A stretch of DNA of 38,368 bases from a candidate division FCPU426 bacterium (GTDB taxonomy: Bacteria; Oederibacteriota; JAAXVQ01; JAUVAV01), in the NCBI GenBank assembly GCA_030637655.1, contig DAOWGI010000104.1, positions 1 to 38,368 on the forward strand, given 5' to 3'. Positions 7,992-16,591 of the stretch are shown here, piece after piece. The notes beneath the pieces were generated by a model that worked only from the letters and a program-made list of their open reading frames with translations, did no database searches and was not told the DNA's origin. The number at the start of each line of letters is the position of its first letter. Within the stretch, counting starts at the first letter, position 1. The position numbers and the translations under genes were made by a program.

Positions 7992-10900
7992 TCATTCTTT
8001 CTTTTTTGGTTTTGGCAATATCGGCGTTGGTTCGGGAATTTCATTTAAGGTAGCTAATTTTTCTTTGATCAATTTTATTCTTGCTCGCGCTGATTTTTTC
8101 CACCGCGTGTCTTTGCTGGACTTCACAATACGTTTGTAGGTGTTGATCGCCGCTTCAAAATTGCCTTTTTTTTCATGAATTTCCGCACTCCGCGCCAAAG
8201 CCGTAACCACCCAGCGATTGGAACCCGAGTAGCGATCAGCAACCTTGGTATAGGCAGCCAAGGCGTCGTTGTAGTGCTTTTTGGTTTCGTACACATCACC
8301 GATCCAAAATTGTGCTTCGGAGGCAAATGCCGCCGGTGCCGCACTTACAATTTTTTTATATTCTGCGAGGGCTTCCGAGTTTTGCCGGTTGTCTTGCAGC
8401 ATATAGGCAATATGCATCTGCGCTTTAAAAGCTAAATTCGTTTGCGGATAGTGATCCATCACAGATTCATAGGCTTCTCTGGCTTCCATATCCAAGCCCA
8501 ATCGTTTGTACGCCATGGCTTTATTGAAACGCGCATCGGCTGCCAATTTGTGCTCCGGATACTCTTCTACAAAATTATCAAACAAATGAATGGCTTGATC
8601 GTATTCCCGCAATTTAAAATAACAGGTACCCATCCAAAAGCCGGCCTTGGCAGCCAATTCCCGGTGATAGTATTCCTCTTTGATTTTGCGAAAGTATTTT
8701 AAGGCTGCTGTGTATTTCCGTTCCTTGAAATCGCACCAGGCCAACCAGTACAAAGCATTGGGGACCAGGGGACTTTTCGAATATTTGCTGATCATTTGAT
8801 TGAATTCACGCCGCGCGCGTTGGTAATTCTTACGATGGTAATAATGTTCCCCAATGCGGTATTGGACATCCGCCGAAAGCGGACTGTGCGGATACTTTTT
8901 TACAAATTTCCGCGAGGCCGTAATAGCCGCCTGGTATTTTTTCAGCTGATAATACGACCACTGAATGCCGTACAAAGCGTCCGGTACCAGCGGATCATTG
9001 GGATTGGATTCCACAAATTTCTGATACACCTTGATGGCAGCTTGGTACTTTTTATCGTTGTAATAACAGATACCAATCCGCAGATAAGCATCGGTTGCCA
9101 AATGACTGGCCGGATATTTTTTATGGACTTGTTGGTAAATTTTCCCGGCTTGGTCAAAATGGCCTTGCCGGAATTCCGCCCAGCCGGTCCAATAGAGCGC
9201 CTCGCCGGCCAAGGCCTGCTGCGGTGCTTCTCGAATCAAACGGTTCCAGCGTGCGCCGGCACGTCCGAAATTTTCCAAACGATAGGCACTCCATCCGCTT
9301 TGAAACAACGCGGTATGATATTCGTCCCGGCCCGGATAACGGCTGATCACACGCGTGTAATACTCGTCCGCTTGTTCAAATTGTTTCCGGTTAAAGGCAA
9401 TGTCCCCCAAACGCATCAAGGCATCGGCTTGCACCGGTCCGGCAGAATATAGCAAAATAATCTTTTTAAAGGCTGGCTCGGCCAAAACATAATTTGCTTC
9501 CCGGAAATAGGTCCAGGCAATTCCGGATTGTGCCAATGATGCTTCGCGTCCCAAGGGATATTTTTTCATAACCAGCTGATACTTTTTTCTGGCTTTCTCG
9601 TCTTGTTGCAATTGAAAATAGGTGTCTCCCAGCCGCAAACAGGCTTCCGAGGCAATGGTATGCTCAGGATACTGACGAATAATTTTTTCGAATTTTTTTT
9701 TCGAATTCTCGTAGCGGCCCAATTTGAACTCACTCCAGCCTGCCCAAAAAATAGCCAAAGGCGCCCAGACCGAATCCGCATAGTGATTATATACATCCTG
9801 ATAGACCTTGGAAGAAGAATCATACCGTTCCAGCTTAAAAAAGGCATTTCCCATCACATAGAGTGCTTGGGCAGTCAATTCCGGTGTGGCTTTAGTATTC
9901 ATCAGTTGCTGAAACAGATTGATGGCCTGATCGTATTTTTCCTGTTGCAAACGACACCAGCCGGCAGTATACAAAGCACGCGGTACGGCTGAATTCCCTG
10001 GATAGCGAACCACTACAAGCATAAATTGCCGCACCGCTTCATTATATTTTTTTTGCCGTGCTATGGCCATGCCCAAGCGCAGATTAGCCAGCGCTAGGAG
10101 CGGATGTCGTGGATGCGCTGGAATGAGTAGCCGCAATTTTGTTTCAGCACGGACGGCATCATCTGCCAACAGGAGCGCGACTGCATGTCCGTATTTGGCA
10201 TATACCAGCAAATTATGTTCCGGATAGCCGGTAATCAATCGTTGGTATAAAGGCATAGCCTCCTGGTAGCGTTCCAAGGCCAACAATGATTCCGCGCGAT
10301 AATAGAGTGCTTCCGGTACCAGGGCCAGCGTGGGATAGCTCTCCAAAAGGGTGGCAAAACGTGTTTCCGCCAACGCATAATTTTTTTTCCCGGCAGCAAC
10401 CATGGTTGATCCGGTTGCCTCCGCGCGTGCCAATTCGTAACGGGTCCAGCCGCCGGAATAAATGGCATACGGGACCAAGACATGATCCGAAAAATTGAGC
10501 ACAAAATTATCATATGCCATAGCTGCTCGTTTCCGGTCCTCAGACCGGTACCGGGCTTCAGCCAACCAGTAATGGGCTTCCGGCGCCAGATAACTGCTAC
10601 TGTGATTATTCAGAAAATTTTCGAATTGTTTTACGGACTCCGGGTAACGGTGCAAAGCAAGCAAACACCGAGCCAAGCGATAATTGGCTTCTGCCTGATA
10701 ATGACTTAAGGGATAGAATTCCATTACCCGACGAAAACCGATTTCCGCCTTACTGTAGACACCCTCACTGTACCAACTTTCGGCAATCAAGTACTGCACG
10801 TCACCGGCGCGAGGATGCCGCGGATACTGCTCCAGAAATTTATTAAATTCCGCCCGGGCCAACTGAAACGTACGGTTTTGGTACAACTTGAAAGCCAAGC

Positions 10901-11009
10901 CAAAATGCTGTTCTGCCGGCATTTTGGACCAGCACAGCAGTGGCAAGAGAAATAGTATGCTGAGCGCGATGATAATTCTGTGTGGCTTTGACATCATGAA
11001 CCTCTTCAC
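7992..11009 (-). CDS. Large exported tetratricopeptide-repeat protein (CpoB/BamD-like repeats)
   Basis: Signal peptide, then roughly 25 repeats of about 37 aa (YP.S..A..A.Y..G..Y pattern). Confidence 0.9.
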   Translation of the reverse strand: MKRFMMSKPHRIIIALSILFLLPLLCWSKMPAEQHFGLAFKLYQNRTFQLARAEFNKFLEQYPRHPRAGDVQYLIAESWYSEGVYSKAEIGFRRVMEFYPLSHYQAEANYRLARCLLALHRYPESVKQFENFLNNHSSSYLAPEAHYWLAEARYRSEDRKRAAMAYDNFVLNFSDHVLVPYAIYSGGWTRYELARAEATGSTMVAAGKKNYALAETRFATLLESYPTLALVPEALYYRAESLLALERYQEAMPLYQRLITGYPEHNLLVYAKYGHAVALLLADDAVRAETKLRLLIPAHPRHPLLALANLRLGMAIARQKKYNEAVRQFMLVVVRYPGNSAVPRALYTAGWCRLQQEKYDQAINLFQQLMNTKATPELTAQALYVMGNAFFKLERYDSSSKVYQDVYNHYADSVWAPLAIFWAGWSEFKLGRYENSKKKFEKIIRQYPEHTIASEACLRLGDTYFQLQQDEKARKKYQLVMKKYPLGREASLAQSGIAWTYFREANYVLAEPAFKKIILLYSAGPVQADALMRLGDIAFNRKQFEQADEYYTRVISRYPGRDEYHTALFQSGWSAYRLENFGRAGARWNRLIREAPQQALAGEALYWTGWAEFRQGHFDQAGKIYQQVHKKYPASHLATDAYLRIGICYYNDKKYQAAIKVYQKFVESNPNDPLVPDALYGIQWSYYQLKKYQAAITASRKFVKKYPHSPLSADVQYRIGEHYYHRKNYQRARREFNQMISKYSKSPLVPNALYWLAWCDFKERKYTAALKYFRKIKEEYYHRELAAKAGFWMGTCYFKLREYDQAIHLFDNFVEEYPEHKLAADARFNKAMAYKRLGLDMEAREAYESVMDHYPQTNLAFKAQMHIAYMLQDNRQNSEALAEYKKIVSAAPAAFASEAQFWIGDVYETKKHYNDALAAYTKVADRYSGSNRWVVTALARSAEIHEKKGNFEAAINTYKRIVKSSKDTRWKKSARARIKLIKEKLATLNEIPEPTPILPKPKKKE

Positions 11010-11123
11010 TACATCCTTAATGTTTGGTTGCCGAACGAGTCGAAAGTTGAATTTATCTGAGGCCTTGGTTATGCCTGCCTGGTGAGTATCGTGGTATTCC
11101 TCGTTGGAACAAGGCGACGCGGA

Positions 11124-12287
11124 TTAGCTTTGTTCGCGCGTTTTGCGTTCAACCGCCATTTTCATCAAGGGCGGCATTAACAGTGTGGTAAACATACACA
11201 TAGCGACAATCACTGCATAGATATCAGCCGGAATAATTTTCATATTTGCCCCGATCGCGGCGATAATCAAACCTACTTCTCCCCGCGGCATCATACCCAC
11301 ACCTACAATAAAGCTGGACGGCAAACCGTCTTTTAAGACAGCAGCACCGCAGCCAACCAATTTGGTGATTATGGCCAGTACAGTAACAATACCAGCCATA
11401 ATAATAATCGAACCCGAGGTAAAGAGCGCTGCATTGACCTGAGAACCCATGACTACAAAGAAGATTGGAACCCAAAAATCCGTCATAGGTTCTAACTTTT
11501 TATCCAAATCATACTCCTCATTGATTTCGGCAAATACCATCCCTGCCAAAAAGGCGCCGATAATTGCCGCCAAGCCGATGATTTGTGCCAAGGCTGCCAA
11601 ACCAAAACAGGTCAACAAGGATATAATAAAGGTCATATTTTTCGTTTTTAATTTCCTAAATGAGGGAGAAAGCTTCCGAACCAGCCAGGTCCCCAGCAAA
11701 ACCACGATCACAACAAACGCCAGCGCCACCACCGTTATTCGTATCAAACTTAGTGTGGAAAATTCACCTTGCGACAGACCTGCCACCATGGCCAACACAA
11801 TCATTCCGAGCACATCATCAATTACCGCCGCGCCCAGCACAATACGACTCTCCGGCCTCTGCAGAAATTTTAAATCCGCCAGTACCCGGGCCGTTATTCC
11901 CACTGAGGTGGCAACCATGGCTGCGCCCATAAATAACGCTATTTTATAATCATGATTCAAGGCAGCTAGATAGGCATACCCCGCCATAAACGGAAGCACC
12001 ACACCCAGCATTGCCACCCAGAATGATTTTTTACCTACTTTCAGCATGTCCGAGAGACGTGTTTCCAAGCCCACCTGGAACAGTAAAAAGATAACAGCCA
12101 ATTCCGACAGCATATGAACAATTTCATTTCCCTGAATCCAACCCAGGGCATGCGGACCAATTATCATGCCCACCAGTAGTTCACCTACCACTGCCGGTTG
12201 CTGAATACGTTCAAACAGTTCTCCCACCAGTTTCGCGCCGGCAATAATAATCAGCAGTTCTATTAATACTTTAGTTAACATTTCCAC
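11124..12287 (-). CDS. CPA2-family cation:proton antiporter (NapA/KefC-like)
   Basis: PAVVGELLVGMIIGP, LLFQVGLE, ATSVGIT, AAVIDD, GMMPRGEVGL. Confidence 0.92.
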   Translation of the reverse strand: MEMLTKVLIELLIIIAGAKLVGELFERIQQPAVVGELLVGMIIGPHALGWIQGNEIVHMLSELAVIFLLFQVGLETRLSDMLKVGKKSFWVAMLGVVLPFMAGYAYLAALNHDYKIALFMGAAMVATSVGITARVLADLKFLQRPESRIVLGAAVIDDVLGMIVLAMVAGLSQGEFSTLSLIRITVVALAFVVIVVLLGTWLVRKLSPSFRKLKTKNMTFIISLLTCFGLAALAQIIGLAAIIGAFLAGMVFAEINEEYDLDKKLEPMTDFWVPIFFVVMGSQVNAALFTSGSIIIMAGIVTVLAIITKLVGCGAAVLKDGLPSSFIVGVGMMPRGEVGLIIAAIGANMKIIPADIYAVIVAMCMFTTLLMPPLMKMAVERKTREQS

Positions 12288-12351
12288 TATTGCGTGTTCT
12301 CCTTTGATATGTCAAACAGGTTCGGGATCCTCAAAATGACGATTGGCAAAA

Positions 12352-12417
12352 GTAGGGAACGGTCGCAGCCGAAGGAAATCCCATTTGTAGTAGGGAACGG
12401 TCGCGACCGTTCCCTAC
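12352..12417. repeat. GTAG palindrome plus preceding half copy
   Basis: GTAGGGAACGGTCGC (12352-12366); perfect 28-mer GTAGGGAACGGTCGCGACCGTTCCCTAC (12390-12417). Confidence 0.9.
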
Positions 12418-12449
12418 ATCCATTCCGGTTAAGACCACGCTACGAATAA

Positions 12450-13277
12450 TCAGCCGGAAATACCTGTGGTTTGAATCCGAGACACATTCTGTGAAAGCCA
12501 GGTAATGAACCGGTTGACTTCAGCGCGATTTTTTAATTGATATCCGGCTTTGGAACGAGCAGCACGAGCGGAACCGCCAACCACCACACCCATGCCCTCT
12601 CTTCCCATTTGGGAAAATATTTCTTCATCACTCTCATCCGCTCCAATATAAATAACAAAGGGACGTCGGCGGGGAGAGGAAAATTTATTCCAAATAAACA
12701 TAACCGCCCTATTCTTTCCCCAACCTATACGCGGACGCATAATCAATTCATGACGCGCTTCATAGAGCGTAAAGGAATCCATTACCGGAGTCCAAATTTG
12801 TTCCATCAACAAGCGAGCTCGCCGCTGGATCGGTGGTTTGGCTTTGGCAATATTCAAGGCTAAAGAATATTGCCGATTGTCCAATAAGACACCGGGTATT
12901 TTTTTACAGTCCTGGGTTAATTTTTGCGCCACCGGAATAAGTTCTTGGCGTACGCGTTTAGCCTCACCATGTACCACATTCAAATCCGGGCCGGAAATTT
13001 CCATACCGTTGTTGGCAATAAAATAAATACCCGAAAAACCGACCATTTTTTTCACACCGGTTAAGGAGCGATTACTCATTATTGCCAAGGTTAAGGCATT
13101 GCGTTCGGATAATTCCCGCAGCTGTTCTCTTTCATCATTCTCCAGTGGTACCGGAGCACCAGCCGCGGAAGAAGGAGCCAACACACTCTCATAATCAATA
13201 AAAAGCAATAAGCGTGTCGCTGCTTCCAAACGGTGTTTTAGATATTCAAGCGTGGCTTTATTGACTAATGGCTTCAT
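12450..13277 (-). CDS. Trehalose-6-phosphate phosphatase (OtsB)-like HAD protein with degenerate catalytic motifs
   Basis: LLLFIDYESVLAP, AIMSNRS, NNGMEI, MRPRIGWGKNRAV, YIGADESDEEIF and SKAGYQL occur in OtsB motif order. Confidence 0.75.
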   Translation of the reverse strand: MKPLVNKATLEYLKHRLEAATRLLLFIDYESVLAPSSAAGAPVPLENDEREQLRELSERNALTLAIMSNRSLTGVKKMVGFSGIYFIANNGMEISGPDLNVVHGEAKRVRQELIPVAQKLTQDCKKIPGVLLDNRQYSLALNIAKAKPPIQRRARLLMEQIWTPVMDSFTLYEARHELIMRPRIGWGKNRAVMFIWNKFSSPRRRPFVIYIGADESDEEIFSQMGREGMGVVVGGSARAARSKAGYQLKNRAEVNRFITWLSQNVSRIQTTGISG

Positions 13278-13321
13278 TTTTTATTTGAATTCCTCTTTTT
13301 ACTAATATTGTATTAGACTTA

Positions 13322-13350
13322 AAATTACCATTAAAAAGTTAAAAAAGCAA
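13322..13350 (-). promoter_or_regulatory. Putative sigma70 promoter for the otsB-like gene
   Basis: TTGCTT-17 bp-TAATTT with an extended TG. Confidence 0.4.
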
Positions 13351-13370
13351 AGGATTTTCTTGCTTTCACC

Positions 13371-13507
13371 GTAACATGTCAGTGAAGCGTTTTTTTGTTT
13401 GTCATCCCCGAATGCTTGTATCGGGGATATGGTTTTAAAAACCAGATTCCCGATTAAACCCTCGGGAATGACAACCTTTGTTTAACTGCAGTTCACTGAC
13501 CTGTTAC
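13371..13507. mobile_element. MITE copy 2 (137 bp) with 8-bp target duplication
   Basis: GTAACATGTCAGTGAA…TTCACTGACCTGTTAC flanked on both sides by CTTTCACC. Confidence 0.92.
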
Positions 13508-13518
13508 CTTTCACCCAC

Positions 13519-14013
13519 CTAGACTTTCAACTGCTTACCCTCTCTGGCCAGCAGCTTTTTCTCAACTTCAACCAAATTTTCAATATCTTCCCGGTTGTAT
13601 TTCAACAGTATTTGCAAGGATTTTTCATCCCCTTGGTCTTGCCAGCGCGCCCAGAGTTCCATGGCCTGTATGCCATCCACACCTTCCGTATCCCTGTTGA
13701 CTCCCAATTGGCGTTCTACAGCTTTCAAACCGCCTTTGAGGTGATGTTTCCAACACTGATACATGAGATCCTGGTGTGGATACAACGCTTTTAAATCAAC
13801 TCCCAAACGTTCCCGGATTACCGGAAGATCAAAACGATTTCCATTGTAGGTCTTAATCATGGCGGTATCATTTAGAATATCCAACAAATTCATTGCTGTA
13901 ATATCTTTACCAACCAATTGATGTGTTTTATCCCCTAAAAAGTGAATGCCAATTACTGTTATCACTCCCTGATAGGAAGTCTCGATGTCCAAATAGGCTG
14001 TTTTTTTTCTCAT
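13519..14013 (-). CDS. RNase H-like (YprB/RNase_H_2) putative exonuclease
   Basis: YLDIET, TYNGNRFDLP, GGLKAVERQLG, YNRED. Confidence 0.88.
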   Translation of the reverse strand: MRKKTAYLDIETSYQGVITVIGIHFLGDKTHQLVGKDITAMNLLDILNDTAMIKTYNGNRFDLPVIRERLGVDLKALYPHQDLMYQCWKHHLKGGLKAVERQLGVNRDTEGVDGIQAMELWARWQDQGDEKSLQILLKYNREDIENLVEVEKKLLAREGKQLKV

Positions 14014-14095
14014 GATCGCAATGATTTTTTCTCACGTTTAACAAAGTCACGGTGTGCTGGAAAAAACATGTCAAATAAATTGGCGCGCACGTATT

Positions 14096-15199
14096 CTAGA
14101 TTATACGTCGCGTCATCCACCGTTGGAAAAACATATCACGGATATAATAATGATCACCCCTCCGGTCAATAATCTGCCGAGTCAATAAACGATTGAGTGA
14201 TTTTTGCACAGTAGAAAAACTCCCCAAACCAAAACGACCAACAAAATCTTGCGAAAAAATCTTCTGACCGCCACCCTTGCAAATGGCTAAAATCAGGTTT
14301 TTTTGATGCAAGGACAAATCCACCCACAAGCCTGTATAATATTCACTATGCACTTCCAGAATGCCTTCAATGGCTTGGGCTAAATTCTTATTGGTAACGA
14401 CCTTTCCAGTGTGTCCCTGATTCCACAATTGCCGGCAAATCATCTGGGTAAAATTGGAATTTCCCTCAGAGATTTCAAATATTTCATCAATAATGCTTTC
14501 CACAATCCGAAAACCTGTATTTTCGAAGCGTGTTTTAATATATGCTTTTAAATAGCGGGCCTCAATTTTTTCCAGCCCCCAATGCATAAAGTTTTTGTTG
14601 GCTTTATGTCTTTTATCATCCAAGCTGACCAACAAATACGCGACACCCTCGTGTTCACCGGCAACCTCAAGCAAACGCTTACGCGTAGCTTCGGATAAAT
14701 TTCCGCCGCGTGAAATTTCATCAAAACACACCACGCAGGCTCGCTTTTTATAATTCACAGTGTGTTGAGCAAGCTCCAGGACCGAACTGGCGATGGTTTC
14801 CAAGTTGCTTTCTTCATCCAGATCGAGTATAAGCTCGTCATTTTGTTCAAGCTTGAATGGCAAATTCTTTTTTAATTCCGGATCCAATTCCTGAATAAAC
14901 GCGCGTAAATCTTTGGGTTGACGAAAGGCTGCCCGTAATAATTCCGCCAAATAGATTTCAATAAAGCGCGTTGGTGAATAAGCCCGTTCCAAATCCACAT
15001 AAACTGTCATCACTCCACGATGTTCCAGTTCGTTCATCACTTTCCTGGCTAATGATGATTTACCATATTGTGGAGGACCAGATAGGATGACATTGTGCGC
15101 CAGCGATAATTCAGATATCAAGAATTCTCTTTCCCGGTATCGATCCGTAAAAAAATCTCCGCTTACCGCTACTCCATATTGAAAAGGATTCTGTGTCAA
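14096..15199 (-). CDS. AAA-type ATPase ('archaeal ATPase' family) with probable C-terminal winged helix
   Basis: NPFQYG…FTDR..E, Walker A GPPQYGKS, Walker B CFDE, C-terminal DMFFQRW; TTG start with RBS AGGAG. Confidence 0.8.
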   Translation of the reverse strand: MTQNPFQYGVAVSGDFFTDRYREREFLISELSLAHNVILSGPPQYGKSSLARKVMNELEHRGVMTVYVDLERAYSPTRFIEIYLAELLRAAFRQPKDLRAFIQELDPELKKNLPFKLEQNDELILDLDEESNLETIASSVLELAQHTVNYKKRACVVCFDEISRGGNLSEATRKRLLEVAGEHEGVAYLLVSLDDKRHKANKNFMHWGLEKIEARYLKAYIKTRFENTGFRIVESIIDEIFEISEGNSNFTQMICRQLWNQGHTGKVVTNKNLAQAIEGILEVHSEYYTGLWVDLSLHQKNLILAICKGGGQKIFSQDFVGRFGLGSFSTVQKSLNRLLTRQIIDRRGDHYYIRDMFFQRWMTRRII

Positions 15200-15242
15200 G
15201 GCCGGTCTCCTATTATTCTATTTGGCGCATGTTATACTTGGC

Positions 15243-15271
15243 AGTATAAAAACACAACCTGACTTTGTCAA
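15243..15271 (-). promoter_or_regulatory. sigma70 promoter for the ATPase gene
   Basis: TTGACA-17 bp-TATACT. Confidence 0.75.
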
Positions 15272-15290
15272 CCCTTAAAAAACTTTCTTC

Positions 15291-15489
15291 GTAATATGTC
15301 AGTGAAGTGTTTTTTAGTTTGTCATCCCCGAATGCTCTTATCGGGGATATGGTTTAAAAAACCAGATTCCTGCCGAATGCGTCCCTAATATATCTTTTCC
15401 GGTCGGGGCTGCGTTAGCGTCCCTTTTCGATATTTTTCCGGTCGGGAAATGATAAACCTTTGTTCAACCGCAGTTCACTGACCTGTTAC
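15291..15489. mobile_element. MITE copy 3 with two tandem secondary units
   Basis: GTAATATGTCAGTGAA…TTCACTGACCTGTTAC; flanks CTTTCTTC and CTTTTCTTC (8-bp duplication with one slipped T). Confidence 0.88.
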
Positions 15490-15543
15490 CTTTTCTTCTA
15501 TGGGTGTGACATTTTAAAATAAATTTAATTTAATATTCGTTTT

Positions 15544-15587
15544 AAAAAAAAGACGGCTACCTTTAATACAAGAATGTAGCCGTCTTT
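15544..15587 (-). terminator. Rho-independent terminator after HU
   Basis: AAAGACGGCTAC/GTAGCCGTCTTT stem followed by a T run on the minus strand. Confidence 0.75.
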
Positions 15588-15599
15588 ATAAAACATTGC

Positions 15600-15887
15600 T
15601 TATTTGCTTAAAACACTGTCCTTAAGATCTTTTCCAACTCTGAATTTCACAACGGTTTTGGCGGCAACTTTAACTGTTTCACCAGTTTGCGGATTACGAG
15701 CCATGCGGGCATTACGTTTTTTGACTGCGAAAATTCCCAATCCCTGCAGTTTGTACTTTTTCTCTTTTTTCAAGGTCTTGTACAACAGAGCATTCTGTGC
15801 GTCGAGAACGGACTGAACTTCTTTCTTTTTCAGTCCAGTCGCATCCACTAGTTTGTTCAACATTTCGGATTTTGTAATCACTTTCAA
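15600..15887 (-). CDS. hup: HU-family DNA-binding protein
   Basis: TKSEM…GLGIF…RNARMARNPQTGE…VKFRVGKDLKD; GTG start with RBS AGGAGG. Confidence 0.93.
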   Translation of the reverse strand: MKVITKSEMLNKLVDATGLKKKEVQSVLDAQNALLYKTLKKEKKYKLQGLGIFAVKKRNARMARNPQTGETVKVAAKTVVKFRVGKDLKDSVLSK

Positions 15888-15956
15888 ACCTCCTTGAATT
15901 TTGTTGATTCTGGGAAGCCTTAATTTTAAAGGGCTCCCGCATCTCTAATGTAGCGA

Positions 15957-15985
15957 ATTATAGAATACCCCTATATTTTGTGCAA
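15957..15985 (-). promoter_or_regulatory. sigma70 promoter for HU
   Basis: TTGCAC-17 bp-TATAAT. Confidence 0.65.
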
Positions 15986-16127
15986 GTGTTTTTTTAACAA
16001 ACTTTATCTGGTACCCTCTATTTTGTGTTTTTGAAGGTATTAACACCCATTATGTGCTGTATAAATATTGTTTATTTCCATATACTTCACAATATCCGTA
16101 TATTTATCACGTTTTTATCCCATCTTT

Positions 16128-16178
16128 CTCTGCGTACTCTGCGTCTCCTTGTGCCCGTTTTTTGGGTATGCGGTGAAA
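16128..16178. repeat. CTCTGCG-periodic repeat arm interrupted by a 21-nt CTTG-hairpin unit
   Basis: CTCTGCGTACTCTGCGTCTC[CTTGTGCCCGTTTTTTGGGTA]TGCGGTGAAA. Confidence 0.65.
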
Positions 16179-16228
16179 TAATCATGCCATAAAAACACGA
16201 ATTTGAGAATTAAGATACTAAAGCATGT

Positions 16229-16591
16229 TTACCACAAGCCGGTAGCAGAGAGTTGAAAAGCATCGCGGAAAATTTCCGGAATTTGCTTCTCTAGCACGGA
16301 AACCACATCAAAACGGCAAGCAAGGTCTTGGCCGTAAAAATGGCAGACTAAATAATGGGCGGCAACTTTACCAATCTTTCTCTGTTTCTTACGATTCACA
16401 GCTTCGGCCGGAATTCCGAATTCCCGTGAAGCACGACTTTTCACTTCTATGAAACAGAGGGTTTTACCCTCCCAGGCAATAATATCAATCTCACCATAGC
16501 GACACCGATAATTTTTACAGTGCAGACGATACCCTTGAGATGTGAGAAAAGCAGCGGCTTGCGCTTCTGCAATTTCCCCTTTCCGTTTCAT
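16229..16591 (-). CDS. yraN: YraN family putative endonuclease
   Basis: GEIAE..A..FL..GY…NYRCRYGEIDIIA…FIEVKSR…RFDV. Confidence 0.93.
   Translation of the reverse strand: MKRKGEIAEAQAAAFLTSQGYRLHCKNYRCRYGEIDIIAWEGKTLCFIEVKSRASREFGIPAEAVNRKKQRKIGKVAAHYLVCHFYGQDLACRFDVVSVLEKQIPEIFRDAFQLSATGLW

Noticed and set aside
12288-12449. Na+/Li+ or c-di-AMP riboswitch upstream of the antiporter
   Set aside because: The visible structure is explained by GTAG palindromes and no consensus was recognised; an Rfam scan would settle it
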